From a phage: a stretch of 64,000 bases of DNA. The stretch is taken from the sequence record PZ452609.1; one strand, 5' to 3'. Made by a program: the position numbers and the translations under genes. How positions within the stretch are numbered: the first letter of the stretch is position 1; every line of letters begins with the position of its first letter. Shown here one piece after another: positions 58,988 through 64,000 of this stretch. The notes under the pieces were generated by a model. It was given only the letters and a program-made list of their open reading frames with translations, was not told the DNA's origin and ran no database searches.

Positions 58988-59063
58988 GGAAGTGTAGCAG
59001 AATGGTGATGCGGCAGACTTTTAATCTGACAGGCGATGGGTTCGAATCCCTCCACTTCTACCA
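58988..59063 (+). tRNA. tRNA-Lys (anticodon TTT)
   Basis: Anticodon loop ctTTTaa. Confidence 0.65.
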
Positions 59064-59141
59064 AATTCACCCTTAACTAAGAAACACCTGCGCGGCTGGA
59101 AACACCCACTCAACAGTTTCTCTAACTAGGGTACTTATTCT

Positions 59142-59218
59142 GGTTCAGTCGCAGATAAGGTAATGCAAGGGTCTCATAAGCCCTATGAATGTGGGTTCGA
59201 TTCCCATCTGAACCTCCA
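59142..59218 (+). tRNA. tRNA with CAT anticodon (Met or lysidine-type Ile2)
   Basis: Anticodon loop ctCATaa. Confidence 0.65.
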
Positions 59219-59219
59219 A

Positions 59220-59295
59220 GCTGGTATAGTTAAGAAGGTTATAACACTCCCCTGATAAGGGAACATCGGTGGTTCGATTCCACCTACCAGTACCA
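59220..59295 (+). tRNA. tRNA-Ile (anticodon GAT)
   Basis: Anticodon loop ctGATaa. Confidence 0.65.
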
Positions 59296-59310
59296 ATTTC
59301 AATAAAGTTG

Positions 59311-59339
59311 TTGACATTGAGATGTGACTACTTTATAGT
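59311..59339 (+). promoter_or_regulatory. strong sigma70-like promoter inside the tRNA cluster
   Basis: TTGACA, 17-bp spacer, TATAGT. Confidence 0.55.
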
Positions 59340-59570
59340 AACCTTAGTTTTCGTTGCGTAGCGTCTATTTTGCAAATTTAAAATAAATGCAAACGACAAT
59401 GTTTTTCTGGCAGTAGCTTGATAGGCTAAACACCAGTGAGGTCTTCCAATCCCTCATCAAAGAATTTGGCGTACTAGCCCACGGTATGATTAATAAGGTG
59501 GGCAACATTCTAAAGGGTATCCCTTATGGGGCTTGGCTTAAATGCAATGAGTACCCTTTAAAATGTTAAT

Positions 59571-59647
59571 GCACCCTTAGTTCAATTGGATAGAGCAACG
59601 GTCTTCTAAATCGTTAGTTACAGGTTCGAATCCTGTAGGGTGTGCCA
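59571..59647 (+). tRNA. tRNA-Arg (anticodon TCT)
   Basis: Anticodon loop ctTCTaa. Confidence 0.7.
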
Positions 59648-59795
59648 ATTAGTTAGCAGATTACTTAGACGACCTAAGCGGGTCTTCCTGTAGGGAGGTG
59701 GTCTGTATCTCATGTTTTCCAGAACATGTAAATAATCTGAGAAGGGGCTTTACAGTGTTGAGATAATACGGTAAGCTTCGAATTATAGTTTTAAT

Positions 59796-59866
59796 AGGGG
59801 TGAGCTATGGCAGCAATAGAGTCTCCAAAATTCTTGATTAGAGTTCGAATCTCTACACCCCTGCCA
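59796..59866 (+). tRNA. tRNA-Trp (anticodon CCA) with shortened D-arm
   Basis: Anticodon loop ctCCAaa; T-arm tagag-ttcgaat-ctcta; only about 71 nt. Confidence 0.5.
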
Positions 59867-59880
59867 GAAAAGGTGCTTGT

Positions 59881-60285
59881 ATGAAACTTTGTAGAAAATG
59901 TTCTCAAGAGAAGCCTTTAAGTTGCTTTCATAAAAGAGGGAATGGCTATCAGTCTGCTTGCAAAGATTGTAAAGCTAAGTACTCAGCAAAGAGATACAAA
60001 GAAGACCCTACTTATAAAGCAAAAAGGAAAGTTAGAGCAAAATATGACAAAAAGAGAAACAGAGAGTTCCTTAGTAGATATAAAAAGTTTTGCAAATGCA
60101 GAATATGTGGTGAATCCGAGCCAGTAGCTTTAGATTTTCATCACTTAGACCCTAAAGAGAAAGATTTTGCTCCAAGCAATCTTAAGACTTACTCTAGGGG
60201 AACTATTAAGCGTGAAGTTCGTAAGTGTGTTGTGCTTTGCTCAAACTGTCATAGGAAAGTTCATGCAGGACTGTTAAGTATTTAG
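59881..60285 (+). CDS. HNH endonuclease embedded in the tRNA cluster
   Basis: Cys-rich N-terminus plus FHHLDPKEKDF..CSNCHRKVH HNH motif. Confidence 0.7.
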   Translation: MKLCRKCSQEKPLSCFHKRGNGYQSACKDCKAKYSAKRYKEDPTYKAKRKVRAKYDKKRNREFLSRYKKFCKCRICGESEPVALDFHHLDPKEKDFAPSNLKTYSRGTIKREVRKCVVLCSNCHRKVHAGLLSI

Positions 60286-60298
60286 CAGTCTTATTAGG

Positions 60299-60388
60299 GG
60301 TAGGTAGCGGCTAATGGTAGCCAAACTGTCTTGAAAACAGTTGCCACTGTAGAGATACGGTGAGGGTTCGACTCCTTTACTTACCGCC
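60299..60388 (+). tRNA. tRNA-Ser (anticodon TGA), long variable arm
   Basis: Anticodon loop ctTGAaa; variable stem-loop gccactgtagagatacggt. Confidence 0.7.
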
Positions 60389-60642
60389 TAATAAGATTTA
60401 AAGCCAAGCTTCATTCGGATGTTGCTTTGGTATACCGCGTGTATTGTTGTACACACTGATAAAACACCTAGTAGGTGTCACGGAGAAGAGATAATATCAA
60501 GCTCTCCAAAGGTTCTAGTCACCGGATTAAACAAGACTATGCAAAGGCCTTTTTAGGTCTTTTAGAGGGCTTCTAAGGTCATTACAGCTTGTTGTGGAAC
60601 CTTGTTGCTTAGGTTCTTAGAAGTTCTCTAAAAAGGTTTAAT

Positions 60643-60721
60643 GGGAGATTGACGGCAACTTGGTAGACCTATCTCGCTTAGAACGAGATGCTTGAGGGTT
60701 CGAATCCCTTGTCTCCTACCA
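60643..60721 (+). tRNA. tRNA with TAG anticodon (Leu-type) but short variable arm
   Basis: Anticodon loop ctTAGaa; T-arm gaggg-ttcgaat-ccctt; irregular D-arm. Confidence 0.5.
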
Positions 60722-60728
60722 AATTAAT

Positions 60729-60804
60729 GCAGGTGTAGCAAAATGGTTATGCGGCTGACTCTTAATCAGTAAGACGATGGGTTCAATTCCCTCCACCTGT
60801 ACCA
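60729..60804 (+). tRNA. tRNA-Lys (anticodon CTT)
   Basis: Anticodon loop ctCTTaa. Confidence 0.65.
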
Positions 60805-60810
60805 AACAAT

Positions 60811-60886
60811 GGGGTCATAGTTTATATGGTTAAAATTCGAGTTTTGCAAACTTGGGAACTGAGTTCAATTCTCAGTGACTCCACCA
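60811..60886 (+). tRNA. tRNA-Ala (anticodon TGC)
   Basis: Anticodon loop ttTGCaa; G3:U70 wobble pair in acceptor stem. Confidence 0.75.
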
Positions 60887-60892
60887 ATTAGT

Positions 60893-60967
60893 GCATCCAT
60901 AGTTTAAACGGGAAAATTACAGTCTTCCAAACTGAGGTTGAGGGTTCGATTCCCTCTGGATGCTCCA
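60893..60967 (+). tRNA. tRNA-Gly (anticodon TCC)
   Basis: Anticodon loop ctTCCaa; discriminator U. Confidence 0.65.
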
Positions 60968-60974
60968 AATTAAT

Positions 60975-61050
60975 GCTCCTATCGTATAATTGGTTATTAC
61001 GGTTGCCTTGTAAGCAACTTATCAGGGTTCGAGTCCTTGTGGGAGCACCA
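60975..61050 (+). tRNA. tRNA-Thr (anticodon TGT)
   Basis: Anticodon loop ctTGTaa with perfect 5-bp anticodon stem. Confidence 0.7.
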
Positions 61051-61146
61051 ATTCAGAGGTCAAGTGAAAGACCGCTTTGAGTCAACTGAAGACCGTAACA
61101 AATTCCACGAAGTTGAGTTAGCGGCACAACTTCAGACCTCTTTCAT

Positions 61147-61221
61147 ACTCGCTTAGTTTATATGGTAAAACATCACCCTTACAAGATGAAGAAAAAGGTT
61201 CAAGTCCTTTAGTGAGTACCA
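61147..61221 (+). tRNA. tRNA-Val (anticodon TAC)
   Basis: Anticodon loop ctTACaa. Confidence 0.6.
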
Positions 61222-61222
61222 T

Positions 61223-61300
61223 GTTCCAGTATCCCAATTGGCAGAGGATGCAAGCTCAAACCTTGTATTAGTGACGGTTCGAATCCGTCTTGGAACACCA
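61223..61300 (+). tRNA. tRNA with CAA anticodon (Leu-type) but short variable arm
   Basis: Anticodon loop ctCAAac; T-arm gacgg-ttcgaat-ccgtc. Confidence 0.5.
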
Positions 61301-61305
61301 ATTTT

Positions 61306-61381
61306 GCAGGATTAGTTCAAATGGAAAGAGCAACAGTCTACGAAGCTGTTAATAGGGGTTCGAATCCCTTATCCTGCGCCA
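61306..61381 (+). tRNA. tRNA-Arg (anticodon ACG)
   Basis: Anticodon loop ctACGaa. Confidence 0.7.
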
Positions 61382-61398
61382 GATAAAAAGGTGATACT

Positions 61399-61641
61399 AT
61401 GCAAACATTAACAGTAGTTGAACATGAAAACTGTGAGAGTATTGAGTTTGTCAGGGTCATTGGTGTTGAACACCACATTTTCTTAAAAGTGGGATACTTA
61501 TGTGACCCCGCTAGAGTAGAAAGCTTTATACGTGATTGTTTTGGTGGTAGACATCTGAAGAGTGTTATTTTTGAGACAGTTTTACCAGAAGGTTTAGAAA
61601 CGAATAATAACATTTACCTCCTTACGAGGATTAGACAATGA
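61399..61641 (+). CDS. hypothetical protein (inside tRNA cluster)
   Basis: 80-aa ORF with AAGGTGA RBS. Confidence 0.45.
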   Translation: MQTLTVVEHENCESIEFVRVIGVEHHIFLKVGYLCDPARVESFIRDCFGGRHLKSVIFETVLPEGLETNNNIYLLTRIRQ

Positions 61642-62195
61642 GATACTTAAAGTATGCTTCATGGATTTTCTTAGCTTTGTTAGAGCCATTTGCAGCAATC
61701 TTAGCAGTTATCTTAGCACCTTTTGTAGTTCCATTCTACAGTGAGAAGAAAGGACACTTACCTTTCGGGTTCAGATGGATGGAGACTTATGACAACCCAA
61801 TTGATGGTGATGCAGGTCATATCAAACGATGGGCTAAGATTAGAAAGATTGGTAAGCTTGGTGTCTACATGCAGAGAGTTGGATGGCTCTGGAGAAACAA
61901 AGCTTATAACTTCTCTTACCATGTATTAGGAAGAGATGTAAAAGATGTTACTAAGTGGAAAGGTAATATCAACGTAAGTTCTAACCCTGAAGATAATCAG
62001 ACTGGTTATCTCCTAATGTGGAACAGTAATGCTTGGGGATTATTCGCTTTTGTGCCGTCAATCAAAATCTTTGGTAAACAATTTTACTGGAGAATTTATG
62101 TTGGGTGGAAACTTAAAAGTGTTGTCCCAGAAGAAAGAGCATTTTCAAGGGAAAGAGTTATGTTGGCATTCTTTATTCATCCACTAAGAAAGTAA
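61638..62195 (+). CDS. membrane protein (inside tRNA cluster)
   Basis: 185 aa with N-terminal TM segment. Confidence 0.45.
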   Translation: MRYLKYASWIFLALLEPFAAILAVILAPFVVPFYSEKKGHLPFGFRWMETYDNPIDGDAGHIKRWAKIRKIGKLGVYMQRVGWLWRNKAYNFSYHVLGRDVKDVTKWKGNINVSSNPEDNQTGYLLMWNSNAWGLFAFVPSIKIFGKQFYWRIYVGWKLKSVVPEERAFSRERVMLAFFIHPLRK

Positions 62196-62203
62196 AGATT
62201 TAA

Positions 62204-62279
62204 AGGGGATTAGTTTACAAGGTTAAAACCTCGGTCTTTGAAATCGAAGAAGTTGGTTCAATTCCAACATCCCCCGCCA
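62204..62279 (+). tRNA. tRNA-Gln (anticodon TTG)
   Basis: Anticodon loop ctTTGaa. Confidence 0.6.
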
Positions 62280-62281
62280 AT

Positions 62282-62360
62282 GCTCCATTACTCCAATTGG
62301 CAGAGAGGCCAGACTTAAAATCTGTGTTATGTATCGGTTCGAATCCGATATGGAGTACCA
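62282..62360 (+). tRNA. tRNA with TAA anticodon (Leu-type) but short variable arm
   Basis: Anticodon loop ctTAAaa; T-arm atcgg-ttcgaat-ccgat. Confidence 0.5.
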
Positions 62361-62365
62361 AATTT

Positions 62366-62441
62366 AGCGGTATAGCATAACTGGCAATGCAGCAGTCTCT
62401 GAAGCTGTCCTATTAAGGTTCAAATCCTTATGCCGCTGCCA
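62366..62441 (+). tRNA. tRNA-Gln (anticodon CTG)
   Basis: Anticodon loop ctCTGaa. Confidence 0.55.
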
Positions 62442-62472
62442 CTTCTAAGGATTCTTACGAGAGTCCTTAAAT

Positions 62473-62548
62473 GTGGCCTTATCATAAATGGTAATGACCC
62501 ATGCTGTGAACATGGTCTATACGGGTTCAAATCCCGTAGGTCACCCCA
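62473..62548 (+). tRNA. tRNA-His (anticodon GTG)
   Basis: Anticodon loop ctGTGaa with perfect anticodon stem. Confidence 0.7.
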
Positions 62549-62553
62549 ATTTA

Positions 62554-62630
62554 TAGTCCAAGTAGCTTATATGGTTAAAGCGCGTGTCTGAAAAACATGA
62601 GAAGAGGGTTCAAATCCCACTGGACTACCA
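62554..62630 (+). tRNA. tRNA-Phe (anticodon GAA), irregular acceptor register
   Basis: Anticodon loop ctGAAaa; D-stem gctt/aagc. Confidence 0.55.
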
Positions 62631-62646
62631 ATTTCAAAGGTGCTTA

Positions 62647-63381
62647 ATGAAAGAGATGACAGAACAAGGTAAGGAGATTTTCAATCTCTTAAAAACCGGT
62701 AAAGGGTTTTCTAACCCCCTTATTACTGGTGCAGCAGTTCTCGGTGGAACCGTAGCTGCCTCTACATCACTTGTAAGCTCTATTAGTTCTGTATCAGACC
62801 CTACAGTAAAGGATAAGATTGTTGCTGCTGGACTTACAACAGTTCTGCTTAACAGCTTTACCACGAGTCTGACAAGCACTACATCAACTACCAAAACACT
62901 AACAGATTACGGTCAAAAGTCCATTGATGAGTTTTCATCACGTATGCAGGTAGCAAAAGGTTACTCTAATGTTATGGGTGCAGCAGGTGAACAAGTTGGC
63001 TGTACACCATTTAGTGGTATTATGGGTGTTGCTACAGAGTATGGTCAAAAAGCTATTGATACGATTAACAGTGCACTAGATAGTGTTAATGGTGTGTTAA
63101 GTGACTTACAAGATGCTATTGACAAAGGTCTTGATACTATTTCTGATTTAGCTGAGCAAGCTGTTAGTAAGATTAATGAAGGTATTTCAAAAATTACAGC
63201 TTATGCAGATGAAGTTGTGCAGATGATTGAAGAAGAAGCTGCTCTTATTGCAGAGTACCTTAAAACGAATATCAATGGGTTCTTAGCAGGTATCTTACCA
63301 GACTGGTTTGATGATGCTTGTAAAACTGGTGTAATTGACACTATTGCAACACCAGAAATGAAGAACGCATTACAGAAATAA
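62647..63381 (+). CDS. hypothetical protein, Ser/Thr/Ala-rich
   Basis: Start moved to MKEMTEQ (AAAGGTG RBS) because the track start overlaps tRNA-Phe. Confidence 0.5.
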   Translation: MKEMTEQGKEIFNLLKTGKGFSNPLITGAAVLGGTVAASTSLVSSISSVSDPTVKDKIVAAGLTTVLLNSFTTSLTSTTSTTKTLTDYGQKSIDEFSSRMQVAKGYSNVMGAAGEQVGCTPFSGIMGVATEYGQKAIDTINSALDSVNGVLSDLQDAIDKGLDTISDLAEQAVSKINEGISKITAYADEVVQMIEEEAALIAEYLKTNINGFLAGILPDWFDDACKTGVIDTIATPEMKNALQK

Positions 63382-63383
63382 AT

Positions 63384-63476
63384 GGAAGATTAACCCTAAA
63401 AGGTAAGGGAGCAGTTTGCTAAACTGCCAGTAGCTGAGAAATCGGTGTACCAGTTCAAGTCTGGTATCTTCCTCCA
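63384..63476 (+). tRNA. tRNA-Ser (anticodon GCT), long variable arm
   Basis: Anticodon loop ttGCTaa; long variable stem-loop. Confidence 0.7.
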
Positions 63477-63480
63477 ATTT

Positions 63481-63556
63481 GAATCCGTGACAGAAACGGC
63501 TATGTGCCTGTCTGCAAAACAGGTTTATAAGGGTTCGAGTCCCTTCGGATTCTCCA
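63481..63556 (+). tRNA. tRNA-Cys (anticodon GCA)
   Basis: Anticodon loop ctGCAaa; discriminator U. Confidence 0.7.
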
Positions 63557-63593
63557 AGTTATTTTACTCTCTCTCAATTAAAATAATAATAAT

Positions 63594-63654
63594 GCCCTGC
63601 TATAAGTATTCTTCCTTTCGCTACCGAAGAGTATTTTTAGACAGGGCTTTTTTA
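63594..63654 (+). terminator. rho-independent terminator closing the tRNA cluster
   Basis: Long imperfect hairpin gccctg...cagggc followed by tttttt. Confidence 0.6.
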
Positions 63655-63778
63655 CAGAGTTATACTTTATAGGAAGACTTATACAGTATGTCTCTGACGT
63701 ACATTGTGGTTTCTCCTTGACGGTCTCTGTGCCGTCTTTTTTAAGGGGAAACATGGTTAACTATTTGGAGAAAACATA

Positions 63779-63979
63779 ATGAGCGAGACCGTTTATAAAG
63801 AACTTTATGAAGCTAATAAAAAGCTAGAATTTATGCAGAATACTATCATGGCAATTGCAGACAGATTGTCTGTAGCAACAGGTATTGATATTAAAGAAGC
63901 ATCTATGGATGCACTTCTTGATGCTGTTGATGCAAAGTTCGAAGTTAAGAAAGAAGAGACTGCTACAGACTCTGAATAA
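63779..63979 (+). CDS. hypothetical small protein
   Basis: 66-aa ORF. Confidence 0.4.
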   Translation: MSETVYKELYEANKKLEFMQNTIMAIADRLSVATGIDIKEASMDALLDAVDAKFEVKKEETATDSE

Positions 63980-64000
63980 TTCTATTTGCGGAGGTGCTTA

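Noticed and set aside
62584-62646. Track start codon for the 265-aa ORF
   Set aside because: The first 63 nt overlap tRNA-Phe; the downstream ATG at 62647 has a good ribosome-binding site.
63445-63672. 75-aa ORF in the track
   Set aside because: It lies entirely over tRNA-Ser, tRNA-Cys and the terminator hairpin; read as spurious.

Overview
This 64-kb window reads as part of a large, AT-rich virulent tailed dsDNA phage genome; all calls are made by eye from the sequence and ORF track, no searches were run. Left to right: (1) a minus-strand block with thymidylate synthase (truncated at the window edge), DHFR, ATP-dependent DNA ligase and a family-A DNA polymerase; (2) a plus-strand replication and nucleotide-metabolism block (dNMP kinase-like, T7-type primase-helicase, SSB-like, FEN-like exonuclease, nrdA/nrdB/redoxin, nrdD/nrdG), a Prs-like + Nampt-like NAD+ gene pair, rIIA/rIIB and a macro-domain protein; (3) an iteron-like regulatory region followed by 15 small ORFs separated by two alternating conserved hairpin+leader cassettes; (4) a 1.9-kb repeat-rich noncoding tract containing a 100-N gap flanked by identical sequence; (5) a minus-strand block of unknown genes ending with a GH24 lysozyme and an Ig-like repeat protein; (6) a Ro60-like (TROVE+vWA) gene followed by a cluster of about 27 tRNAs with an embedded HNH endonuclease. 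The most interesting candidates are a circularly permuted tRNA-like element resembling a YrlA-type Y RNA next to the Ro60-like gene, the Prs-like/Nampt-like pair (possible NAD+ reconstitution counter-defence), and the small-ORF cassette array. tRNA coordinates and anticodons are hand-folded and approximate (about 3 nt).
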